This document shows, piece after piece, positions 27,837 through 36,377 of a DNA stretch of 64,000 nt. Below the pieces are notes generated by a model that did no database searches, was not told the origin of the DNA, and worked only from the letters and a program-made list of their open reading frames with translations. The translations under genes and the position numbers were made by a program. The stretch lies in contig JACOTW010000012.1 in assembly GCA_016178135.1 (NCBI GenBank), forward strand, positions 1,064 through 65,063, written 5' to 3'. The number at the start of each line of letters is the position of its first letter. Within the stretch, counting starts at the first letter, position 1. The stretch comes from Candidatus Saccharimonadota bacterium (lineage in GTDB: Bacteria > Patescibacteriota > Saccharimonadia > Saccharimonadales > JACOTW01).

Positions 27837-27873
27837 TCTAGAAGTCAATTTTCCTGAACCCAGAGTTTGATGA

Positions 27874-28875
27874 CTATATACCGGCTGTAGATACTGGAAT
27901 ACTTGGACCCATAGAGGTAGTAACGTACAGGCTTTTTAGGTAGATGCCTTTTAGGCCAGTAGGTTTGGCGGACTTAATGCTAGCCATCACTGTTTCGGCA
28001 TTTTGAGCTAATTTTTCTTTGCCAAAACTTACTTTTCCAATACCAAGATGAATTATGCCAGTGCCATCAACGCGATATTCAACGCGTCCAGCCTTGGCCT
28101 CTTTCACTGCCTTTGCTACGTCGGTGGTTACAGTACCACTTTTAGGGTTTGGCATCAGACCTTTAGGCCCAAGAATACGCGCGTATTTACCCAACTTGGC
28201 CATTACTTTAGGTGTGGCGATTAATACGTCAAAATCCATAGTTCCTTTATCTAGCTGTTGAAGGAATTCTTCACTACCAGCAATGTCGGCACCAGCCTTC
28301 TTGGCGGCTGTTACATCGTTTGCCTCACCAAATACGGCGATGCGGATATTTTTACCCGTACCAGCAGGCAAAGTAACGGTTCCGCGAATATTTTGATCTG
28401 CTTGCTTAGGATCAACACCTAGTCGTATGTGTAATTCGACAGTGGCATCGAATTTAGCAGGATTGGTTATGGTAGCTAATTCAAGAGCTTCCGGCAGTTC
28501 ATATAATTTATCTTCGATAATTTGATCATGTAGCTTTCTATAATTTTTGCTACGGCGTTCTAGGCGTGTGCGGGGTTTCTTTTGTGCTGGTTTTATTGTT
28601 GCTTTTGCCTCAACTGTTTTACGCTCTTCTTTCTCTTGCTTGGCTACCGTTTCTTGGATGGCTTTAATACTTCTTTTGCCTGATTTCGCGAGTGGCTTAT
28701 CGGTCGTAGCGGAGGGCTTACTGGACTGACTCAAAGCTCCTTCATCTCTACTGGACTTAATAACCTCGGGTGCCACTTCTTTGATTGTGGTTGATGTCTT
28801 TTTCTTGACGGCGGTTGTTGGTAGCTTACTTTTTACTTTTTTTTCGGTCATGTGCTTTATCCTTTCGTGGTTCAA
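27874..28875 (-). CDS. rplA: 50S ribosomal protein L1 with an about 105-aa Lys/Thr/Ala-rich N-terminal extension
   Basis: FDATVELHIRLGVDPKQADQNIRGTV and the C-terminal L1 core. Confidence 0.9.
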   Translation of the reverse strand: MNHERIKHMTEKKVKSKLPTTAVKKKTSTTIKEVAPEVIKSSRDEGALSQSSKPSATTDKPLAKSGKRSIKAIQETVAKQEKEERKTVEAKATIKPAQKKPRTRLERRSKNYRKLHDQIIEDKLYELPEALELATITNPAKFDATVELHIRLGVDPKQADQNIRGTVTLPAGTGKNIRIAVFGEANDVTAAKKAGADIAGSEEFLQQLDKGTMDFDVLIATPKVMAKLGKYARILGPKGLMPNPKSGTVTTDVAKAVKEAKAGRVEYRVDGTGIIHLGIGKVSFGKEKLAQNAETVMASIKSAKPTGLKGIYLKSLYVTTSMGPSIPVSTAGI

Positions 28876-28916
28876 GCCTTGATCGTTTATAGATCAAGTC
28901 CCACAAAATTAAATTA

Positions 28917-29342
28917 TTATTCTATTTCTACGCCCATACTTCGGGCAGTACCGGCAACTTGCTTGATGATTGATTCGATATTATCGGTATTCATGTCGCG
29001 GGCTTTTGTTTCGGCAATTGCACGCAGATCGTTTTGGTTAAGTTTTTTGCTAATTTTTTCGCTGTTGGGTTTTCCTGAACCTTTTTGAATACCTAAAGCC
29101 TTGCGGATCAGGTCGTCAGTTGGTGTGCCAACAAAGCGCCAATTCATAGTACGGTCTTCGTAAATGATTATATGAACCGTCAGGTCTTGACCCATCTGTT
29201 CCTTGGTAGCTTCATTAAATGGATTGATAAAATCCATCATATTTACGCCGTATTGTCCCAGCGTACTACCAACTGGCGGAGCCGCACTGGCTTGCCCGCC
29301 CTTAATTTTTATTTTCAAATTTGCTTTGATTGCTTTAGCCAC
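28917..29342 (-). CDS. rplK: 50S ribosomal protein L11
   Basis: IKGGQASAAPPVGSTLGQYGVNMMDF. Confidence 0.95.
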   Translation of the reverse strand: MAKAIKANLKIKIKGGQASAAPPVGSTLGQYGVNMMDFINPFNEATKEQMGQDLTVHIIIYEDRTMNWRFVGTPTDDLIRKALGIQKGSGKPNSEKISKKLNQNDLRAIAETKARDMNTDNIESIIKQVAGTARSMGVEIE

Positions 29343-29479
29343 TTTTTAACTCCGTTTATAGTATTAAATAGAACGCGTAACGCTAAAGATTAATAGGCTG
29401 AAGCAACACCATGGACTGCTTTAAGCGTGCTACGTACTACCGCGACCATAGGCCACTTATGTGTAACGCATAGATTGTA

Positions 29480-30526
29480 CTATATATCACCTCTGTTGTA
29501 CAGTCCTTCTTTGTGAAGTTTTGATCGTAAGTTACTTAGTCCCTTATTAAGAGTCTTACGGACTTCAGCGATATTGATCCCTAGTTTATCTGCTATTTCT
29601 TGTTGTTTCATTTTTTCTGTGCCGTCAAGTCCATAGAATAATTTGAATATTGTCATGGAGTTTTCTCCTAAGTCTGCTATTAGTTTGAGTACTATAGCGG
29701 TACTTTCGTCTTGAAGTACTCGTTCTTCAGGTCCGATGTTATTATCTGGCAAAGTGTCGCCAAACTCTACAGTGGCACCAGACTCACCAATAGAGTAATT
29801 CAGACTCATTGGCATACTGATTAGTTTTAGTCTGCGCATATCTGGTGTTAAATTGTTAGGACCATCGCTATATCGGATGGCTTGTCGTAACTCTTCCGAT
29901 ACTCCATCCGGTAGCCTGATTATGGATGCGGTGCTATATATATCTCTAACGATTGATTGACGAATCCAAGCGATGGCATAAGTGGAAAATTTGAAACCCT
30001 TTTCCCATCTGAATTTATCGACAGCGTGTTCTAGACCAAGGTTGCCGGCCTGGATTAAGTCCAGTAATTCCTTGCCTGGTGGCGTATGGTTATTGTAGGT
30101 TCTTGCTATTTTTATAACCAGTCGTAGATTTGACAATATGAACACCTCTTTGGCCCGAGCTCCGGTATCTATAATATCCTTGGTGCTGACTGAATGTTCC
30201 GTTGATGTTGTTTGTAGTCGTGCCTGGGTAATTCGGCCATATTCTATGAGCTGAGCTAGTGCTATCTCCTCGTCTTTTTCCAATAAAGGGTATTGACCTA
30301 CTTCATTTAGGTATAATTGAGTGGTGTCACTGATGTCACCTGTCGGGCTCCTTTTGACTGGTTGGCGACGGTCATAAATGTCTAAAAGCACGGCCTGATT
30401 GTCGATATAGTTAAGTTCCTCGGCGTTGGCTACCATTAAATTGGCTAGGGCAGCCACGACAAAATGGGCTTCTGCCGTATCGAGCATTTCCGGGCGTGTT
30501 TCTGGTCGAGACTCCGCGACTACCAT
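29480..30526 (-). CDS. Sigma-70 family RNA polymerase sigma factor (regions 1.2-4)
   Basis: YLNEVGQYPLL, NLRLVIKIARTY, DLIQAGNLGLEHAVDKFRWEKGFKFSTYAIAWIRQSI, and a C-terminal HTH QQEIADKLGINIAEVRK. Confidence 0.85.
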   Translation of the reverse strand: MVVAESRPETRPEMLDTAEAHFVVAALANLMVANAEELNYIDNQAVLLDIYDRRQPVKRSPTGDISDTTQLYLNEVGQYPLLEKDEEIALAQLIEYGRITQARLQTTSTEHSVSTKDIIDTGARAKEVFILSNLRLVIKIARTYNNHTPPGKELLDLIQAGNLGLEHAVDKFRWEKGFKFSTYAIAWIRQSIVRDIYSTASIIRLPDGVSEELRQAIRYSDGPNNLTPDMRRLKLISMPMSLNYSIGESGATVEFGDTLPDNNIGPEERVLQDESTAIVLKLIADLGENSMTIFKLFYGLDGTEKMKQQEIADKLGINIAEVRKTLNKGLSNLRSKLHKEGLYNRGDI

Positions 30527-30594
30527 AGAGATACTATACCAGGATTTTGACGCTTACAAAAATATCATAAACTAAACAAGACTTATGCGAGAGT

Positions 30595-31137
30595 TTATAC
30601 CCGTTTAACCTGCAAGCTGTCCAGTTCTACTGGAGTTTCGCGGCCGAACATGTTGACCAAGACCTTTAGCTTACCTTTTGTTGCATCAACTTCACTTATA
30701 GTACCGTCAAAACTTTTAAACGGTCCATCTGTAATACTCACAACCTCGCCAATATTAAAATCGATCTTGTGTTTGGGTTCTTCGCGACCCATACGCTTCA
30801 TAATCTTATCCATTTCATCAGTGCTAATTGGCGTTGGTTCTGATCCAGAGCCAACAAAACCAGTTACTGATGGCGTATTGCGCACAATGTACCAAGCGTC
30901 TTCACTCATTTTCATTTGAACCATTACATATCCTTGGAAAATGCGCTTTTCTACAACTTTGCGTTTACCATTTTTAACTTCTATCATTTTTTCTTTTGGC
31001 ACTAGAATTTGAAAAATTTTGTCTTTCATGTCCAGCGAATCAGTGCGCTGGCGAATAGATTCGGCGACCTTTTCTTCGTAGCCACTATATGTGTGAATGG
31101 CATACCATTGTTTTGCTATGTCGTAGCGATTTGTCAT
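30595..31137 (-). CDS. nusG: Transcription antitermination factor NusG
   Basis: WYAIHTYSGYEEKV and the KOW motif. ATG at 31137 is preceded by AAGGAG. The track start at 31167 is TTG. Confidence 0.9.
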   Translation of the reverse strand: MTNRYDIAKQWYAIHTYSGYEEKVAESIRQRTDSLDMKDKIFQILVPKEKMIEVKNGKRKVVEKRIFQGYVMVQMKMSEDAWYIVRNTPSVTGFVGSGSEPTPISTDEMDKIMKRMGREEPKHKIDFNIGEVVSITDGPFKSFDGTISEVDATKGKLKVLVNMFGRETPVELDSLQVKRV

Positions 31138-31154
31138 TAAAAAACTCCTTTTAT

Positions 31155-31297
31155 CGGATTTATGCAAAAATCTATCATTACCAGATTGAATAACTTCGAC
31201 CGCAAACAGTTTTTTTGCTTTAGATACATTTCCTTCAGATAAAACTGTTTTCGCTCGAGCTGATTAGATATGGAAAAGAGGTTGTAGCTCATTTTAA
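31155..31297 (+). repeat. Degenerate family-A copy (A7) between secE and nusG
   Basis: TCGGATTTATGCAAAAATC...CGCAAACAGTTTTTTT...CCTTCAGATAAAACTGTTTTCGCTCGAGCTGATT aligns to A4/A11. Termini are eroded. Confidence 0.5.
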
Positions 31298-31711
31298 TAG
31301 AATACCCCTAAATACTTTATCTAATCCGTAATCTGTAACGGCAACCGCTAAACCAAACACGATTGCAAAAATGAATACGGCAAAAGTTAGTCTGATAGTT
31401 TCCCTGCGTGTTGGCCAGGTAACCTGTATTAACTCTTTCCAGCTATTACGGAGATAGCCTAGTAGTAAAATACTTGACAATATCCGACCAATTGCTCGCG
31501 CTGGACGTGTCTTAAAAGGACGCAATAAAAATCTTAAGGGGCGTAGAATAGTAATCAAACCGATCCAGATAGTCCCAAAAGGCCTAATTGCTATCTTGGC
31601 AATTTTTGGCGCACGTCGGGATTTAAGAGGCTTATTGGCATCTTTTTTGGTTCGCTCACGAACAGTTTCAGGCTTGCGAACGCGACGTTTCTTTGTTGCC
31701 CCATTAGTCAC
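31289..31711 (-). CDS. secE: Preprotein translocase subunit SecE (extended N-terminus)
   Basis: C-terminal ELIQVTWPTRRETIRLTFAVFIFAIVFG. Position upstream of nusG. Confidence 0.75.
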   Translation of the reverse strand: MTNGATKKRRVRKPETVRERTKKDANKPLKSRRAPKIAKIAIRPFGTIWIGLITILRPLRFLLRPFKTRPARAIGRILSSILLLGYLRNSWKELIQVTWPTRRETIRLTFAVFIFAIVFGLAVAVTDYGLDKVFRGILLK

Positions 31712-31807
31712 TTTTTATACTCCCAAATTAAAACGCCTATCATATAGACAGGCGCGAACATGTCAATAGTAGCACAACTTATAATATCTGCCAACAACAA
31801 CGGCTTA

Positions 31808-32911
31808 TTATTGAAGATTAGGAACTACGATTGTGAATGTTGACCCTTTGTTTAGCTCGCTTTCCATGGATATTTCAGCATGTAACAACATGGCAAGCTT
31901 AGCGGTTATATAAAGTCCAAGTCCCGTGCCATTATTCTGTCTTGTGCGATAGTCTTCGCTCCGAAAAAATTTATCAAAAATTCTCTCCTGATCTGATTTA
32001 CCAATACCAATGCCAGTGTCTATTACGAAAAATTCGACGCCATCCATGTTAGGTTTTGCGCCAATCGTGATACTGCCCTTTTCAGTATATTTAATAGCGT
32101 TTGTTATGAAATTCTGTAAAATTTCATGTAAATATAACGGGCTGGATTGTAGGGCTTCCAGTGTTGGATCGATGTCGGTTTGAATACTAAGCCCCTTGCT
32201 GGCTGTTTCTGCTGCGTAATTTTGTGCCAAATCTAATAAAAAGTTATGCACATTGATCATTTCAATATCAACCGTTAATTTGCCACGTTCCGCGCGTGAT
32301 AGTGTTGCGAGATCATTGATCATGCTACTTAAGAAATTTATCTGGTCATGGGCTTGAGCCAGTGCTTTATTGATTCTTTCGGGTGCATCGGTCTTAGATG
32401 CAACGAGCCTGGCATTGCTAATATTACCTTCGGCAATAGCTATCGGCGTGCGCAACTCATGACTTATTACACTTATAAACTCATCACGTTCTTCTTCTAA
32501 TGATTTTTCATGGGTGATGTCGCGTAGCAATAGTACGTAGCCCTTAGTACCAAGTTTACCGAAACCAAGCTTGACAGGGGCGATACTAGTGTAAAGATTA
32601 ACTGTACTTTCATCAGGATACTTGAGTCGCCATTCTCTTGATGCTTCGCTTGTCTTTATTCTTAAGATACGCGACTGTAGATCAACGGGTTGATTATTCT
32701 TGTCAATGACACTTAGGACATTTCTAAGGTATTTACCGGTCATTGAGCTGTTTACGTCCAGAATATTTAAAGCGGCTCCGTTATAAAGAACAATCTTAGC
32801 GTTTTCATCAATAGCAATGACGCCATCGGCCATACTGTTTATCAATGAAATGAGACGTTCTCTTTCTAGATTGGCATTGTTAGCTTGGATCTTATGGGTT
32901 TCTGCTGGCAT
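31808..32911 (-). CDS. Sensor histidine kinase (PAS + HisKA + HATPase_c), no TM segment seen
   Basis: H-box SHELRTPI. N/G boxes NAIKYT, DTGIGI, GTGLGL. Start at ATG 32911. Confidence 0.8.
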   Translation of the reverse strand: MPAETHKIQANNANLERERLISLINSMADGVIAIDENAKIVLYNGAALNILDVNSSMTGKYLRNVLSVIDKNNQPVDLQSRILRIKTSEASREWRLKYPDESTVNLYTSIAPVKLGFGKLGTKGYVLLLRDITHEKSLEEERDEFISVISHELRTPIAIAEGNISNARLVASKTDAPERINKALAQAHDQINFLSSMINDLATLSRAERGKLTVDIEMINVHNFLLDLAQNYAAETASKGLSIQTDIDPTLEALQSSPLYLHEILQNFITNAIKYTEKGSITIGAKPNMDGVEFFVIDTGIGIGKSDQERIFDKFFRSEDYRTRQNNGTGLGLYITAKLAMLLHAEISMESELNKGSTFTIVVPNLQ

Positions 32912-32915
32912 ATAT

Positions 32916-33638
32916 TTAATTGTACACGAGTTTCGTATGAGCAAAATGAGGTTGTTTAGATCGTATAACGCGTCGTGCGTCAGCTACGTTTGGCAAGTAT
33001 AGAGCAAGTTCTGACCAAAATGGTTCACCGTGGCGCATGACTTTGGTATGAACAAGTTCATGGAGCAAAACGTAATCAATTAATTCCCAGGGAAGCTGCA
33101 TTAAAAAACAATTAAGAGTGATCTCTTTTTGCTGATTACAGCTTCCCCAGCGGCTAGCCAGCCGTTTTATTTGAACGTTGCGATACGAAAATCCATGCCT
33201 AGAAGCGTGTTCCGCGAGGCGACTGGGGAGTAACTTTTGGGCCTCGACTGTTAGAGCTTTGATCGCAACGCGTTCGGCGGCTTTTTGAACTTTTTGGCTT
33301 TCTATAGCAATTGACCTAGGGTAAATAACTCTTGCCTCATTGCCGACCAGCCTGGTTGTTATCCGTTGGCCAGCAACGGATGGTATAAAAATAAGGCTGT
33401 GAGCTTTACCGATTCGCATATTAGAGCTTAAAAGAGTACTACTGTTTGTCTGGTGTTTTAGTATCCAGTCTTGTTTGGATCGAGCAAATTCAATACCGGC
33501 CTTATACGGCAACCATTTAGGCATTGTTACCCTGATGCCACCGACAGCACTCAAGCTAATACGCAGATTACTACTCCCTCGTCGTTTGTACAGTTTAATA
33601 ATGCCGATCTCTGGCAAATCAAATTCTTTTACTGACAT
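32916..33638 (-). CDS. YgjP/DUF45-like zinc metallohydrolase
   Basis: HELVHTKVMRHGEPFW (HExxH). ATG at 33638 is chosen because upstream residues are translated repeat. Confidence 0.7.
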   Translation of the reverse strand: MSVKEFDLPEIGIIKLYKRRGSSNLRISLSAVGGIRVTMPKWLPYKAGIEFARSKQDWILKHQTNSSTLLSSNMRIGKAHSLIFIPSVAGQRITTRLVGNEARVIYPRSIAIESQKVQKAAERVAIKALTVEAQKLLPSRLAEHASRHGFSYRNVQIKRLASRWGSCNQQKEITLNCFLMQLPWELIDYVLLHELVHTKVMRHGEPFWSELALYLPNVADARRVIRSKQPHFAHTKLVYN

Positions 33639-33650
33639 GTTTTTATTATA

Positions 33651-33890
33651 CTGGGCCTGTCGCAAAATCCCTCGTTCCCAGGACGAATCAGCTCGAGCGA
33701 AAACAGTTTTGTCTGAAGGAGAGGTACCCAGGAGGTATAGTCCCCGCAAAACAAATTCGTGGGTTTTTGAAGCAATGATCTTTGAGCCAAAAACTGACTT
33801 TTCCGAGAGAGACATATCCTTAGATACGTTGAACGAGGAAAGGCGGTTTTGGGCCAAAGAGGGTGATTCGAAATTTTGCGACAGGCCCAG
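33651..33890 (-). mobile_element. Composite: family-A element (CTGTCGC subtype) carrying a nested truncated family-B element
   Basis: CTGGGCCTGTCGCAAAATCCC...GGTACCCAGGAG | TATAGTCCCCGCAAAAC...GATTCGAAA | TTTTGCGACAGGCCCAG. Direct TATA at 33647-50 and 33891-94. Confidence 0.85.
33736..33873 (+). mobile_element. Family-B subtype B' (right terminus missing), copy B3, nested in A
   Basis: 138 nt. Differs from B4 at 2 positions by manual alignment. Confidence 0.85.
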
Positions 33891-33978
33891 TATAGGACCT
33901 TCGTACTTTGTCGCCAATTCCAGAGTAATCCTGCAGCCCTCTAGGATTGGTCTGGGGTGATGAAAAAGTAGGAAAAAC

Positions 33979-34641
33979 CTATCTTATTACTATGTTGCGG
34001 CGTGAGTTGTTGACTCGACCAGCCATTGGGTTGGGGATAAGATTGACCAGACCAGGCTTGGCACGTCCGATGTTTGCGGTTGCAGTATCAATTAGACCTA
34101 GATCGTATAATTTTTTCATTATGGCTGATCGTTGCGTTGTGAAATTATGTTTGCCACTGACAACAATACATTCCTCTGTAGCATTAGGGTTCTGCATGGC
34201 GTTGGCTATTTGCTCAAAACTGGTGCGATCGAGGGGCATAGCGTAGCGGTCATCTATTTTTCGGCGATCTCGTTTTGCTACGCGCGTAAAGGCACTTTCT
34301 AGGTCAATTTGCAACCAAACCAACAGGGGGTGAGCTTTTGTCTTGCGGGCCATGTCTCGTAGTAATCGTCTTTGACTGAAACGCAGAGCGTTGACATCAA
34401 ACACGACGCTAATTCCAGCATTTAAAAATTCTTCTGTCATGTATTCCATTAGATGGGTTACTATATTGTTTTCTTGGCGATCAAGACGAGGCTTTTCGAA
34501 TAATTCATTACGAATCCTGTCGCCGTTTACGTGTGCGGCGTTAATCTCATCACAAAGTTGACGCGCAAAGTAGGATTTACCCGACCCCGGATAACCGTAA
34601 AGCAATATCAGGGCTGGACGTGTGAGACTTAATTTACTCAT
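33979..34641 (-). CDS. P-loop kinase/ATPase (AAA_33 / zeta-toxin-like fold)
   Basis: LLYGYPGSGKSYFARQL Walker A. ATG at 34641 is chosen because upstream residues are translated repeat. Confidence 0.6.
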   Translation of the reverse strand: MSKLSLTRPALILLYGYPGSGKSYFARQLCDEINAAHVNGDRIRNELFEKPRLDRQENNIVTHLMEYMTEEFLNAGISVVFDVNALRFSQRRLLRDMARKTKAHPLLVWLQIDLESAFTRVAKRDRRKIDDRYAMPLDRTSFEQIANAMQNPNATEECIVVSGKHNFTTQRSAIMKKLYDLGLIDTATANIGRAKPGLVNLIPNPMAGRVNNSRRNIVIR

Positions 34642-34701
34642 TCCTATTAAATTATAACAATTAGACAAAATTTGCAAAGTTTTGTTTCGGGTGATTATAG
34701 A

Positions 34702-34861
34702 CTGGACCTGTCGCAAAATCCCTCGTTCCCAGGGCGAATCAGCTCGAGCGAAAACAGTTTTATCCGAAGGAGAGGTACCAGGGAGGTACATCGAGAGAGG
34801 AAAAACTGTTTGCAGCCGAGATTAGTCGGTCTGGGGATGAGGGATTTTGCGACAGGTCCAG
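34702..34861 (-). mobile_element. Family-A element, copy A9 (160 bp, CTGTCGC subtype), intergenic
   Basis: Perfect termini. Direct TAGA at 34698-701 and 34862-65. Confidence 0.9.
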
Positions 34862-34882
34862 TAGAATACAACCGAACCGCGT

Positions 34883-35422
34883 CTATTTACGAAATCTACT
34901 TATATAATCTAAGGCGACGAAGCGTGTCATAGCTACTACCCCTTTTGCAAAATCAGTAATTGATTCCCTCATGCTTGTTACTGCAAACGGTATATCTTCG
35001 TCAGGCGATGGTTCTTCTTTGTAATCATAGTAATCATAAAAGTCATTCGAATCACGAATATTTTCTCCAGCATCAGCGATATAACTTTCTTGTATAGCCC
35101 AAGCTTTTTGGTCAAGGTGGTCCGCCGTTATGTCTAATAACACATCCACCGGACTTAGTACCGAGCCAATAAACGTTGCGCAGGCAAAACGTAGATTGGT
35201 ATTTAGATCACTTCGGTGGTCGCTCCTATCTAGGCGTGTGATAGAACACGTAATTGTCGGGACTATTTGAGGTAAAAAATTTGCTAACTTAAGATACCGA
35301 CCATGTTTGTAAAAATCTCCTAAGGTACTGGCTAATTCCAAATCAACAAACGTAGTGAAACCGTCATTCTTACCGGAGTATTCTGCTGAAGAACCATGGG
35401 TCATAAGCCTATTATAACACAT
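34883..35422 (-). CDS. Hypothetical protein
   Basis: 179-aa ORF. No motif recognised. Confidence 0.4.
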   Translation of the reverse strand: MCYNRLMTHGSSAEYSGKNDGFTTFVDLELASTLGDFYKHGRYLKLANFLPQIVPTITCSITRLDRSDHRSDLNTNLRFACATFIGSVLSPVDVLLDITADHLDQKAWAIQESYIADAGENIRDSNDFYDYYDYKEEPSPDEDIPFAVTSMRESITDFAKGVVAMTRFVALDYISRFRK

Positions 35423-35462
35423 TATGCAGTGAATCGGTTTTGTTCAGATTAAACCACGACCT

Positions 35463-36152
35463 GTGAGCAGTTATAGCCCCCGCAAAACAAATTCGTGGGT
35501 TTTTGAAGCAATGATCTTTGAGTCAAAAACTGACTTTTCCGAGAGAGACATATCCTTAGATACGTTGAACGAGGAAAGGCGGTTTTGGGCCAAAGAGGGT
35601 GATTCGAAAAGAGCTTATTATCTAACACAGTTTGACGCGCTGGAAGCTCTAGACAACGGTGTTGGTAATTGTTTTTCGAAAGCTATGGTTGCATGTGGAA
35701 TAATAGTATTAAAATATGCGGTTGAGCCGTCAATAGTTTATAAAAAGTCGATACATGGCTCTAAAGATACTGCGATTGATAAGCCTACGGACTCAAAAAC
35801 AGGCAAAAAAATCGCGCATGTGGTTGTAGCCGTACCCGGTTCAAATCCAACTACAGATAAATCTATTCCGGGCTTGAATTTTGGAGTAGCAGTTTCCCAA
35901 GGAGTTAAATTTACCCAAACAGATGCAGGTGAAATACTACAGGATTATAATGAACCCGGAGAATTTGTACGTGTTAATGAAACGGGCACAGTGATTGCTA
36001 CTGAAATTGCTACTGAACGGGGTATGTTTGGTGATAGGTGGCGGGATATTGCTCCAGATTATTTACAAGCTTTGGACAGACCTGACCTGGACATAGATCT
36101 CTTAATTGGTAAGCTCAAAGAATCATACCCAGATGATCAAGTTGCGGCATAG
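35463..36152 (+). CDS. Hypothetical protein. The first about 49 codons derive from family-B element B4. Possible Cys-His peptidase-like core.
   Basis: GTG start at 35463. No alternative ATG before residue 75. GNCFSKAMVAC ... AHVVVAV noted, but this is a weak motif. Confidence 0.4.
   Translation: MSSYSPRKTNSWVFEAMIFESKTDFSERDISLDTLNEERRFWAKEGDSKRAYYLTQFDALEALDNGVGNCFSKAMVACGIIVLKYAVEPSIVYKKSIHGSKDTAIDKPTDSKTGKKIAHVVVAVPGSNPTTDKSIPGLNFGVAVSQGVKFTQTDAGEILQDYNEPGEFVRVNETGTVIATEIATERGMFGDRWRDIAPDYLQALDRPDLDIDLLIGKLKESYPDDQVAA
35472..35610 (+). mobile_element. Family-B subtype B' copy B4 (right terminus missing)
   Basis: TATAGCCCCCGCAAAACAAATTCGTGGG...GGGTGATTCGAAA. Confidence 0.85.
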
Positions 36153-36229
36153 AAATATTTGAAACGGGTCATTATTAGCCAGAAATAAGCAAGTAATTTA
36201 GCCACATTTGTGGTAATTTAATCCAATTT

Positions 36230-36306
36230 TGGCAGGGGTGGAGGGATTCGAACCCGCGGCCTTTGGTTTTGGAGACCAACGCTCTAACCAACTGAGCTAC
36301 ACCCCT
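36230..36306 (-). tRNA. tRNA-Trp (anticodon CCA), CCA encoded
   Basis: Reverse complement AGGGGTGTAGCTCAGTTGGTTAGAGCGTTGGTCTCCAAAACCAAAGGCCGCGGGTTCGAATCCCTCCACCCCTGCCA. Confidence 0.9.
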
Positions 36307-36377
36307 GTATGAATCCTTACGAACAGAGTAATCATACCGAAATTACGCTATTTTGTCATCAGCTATTTTGTGTGTAT

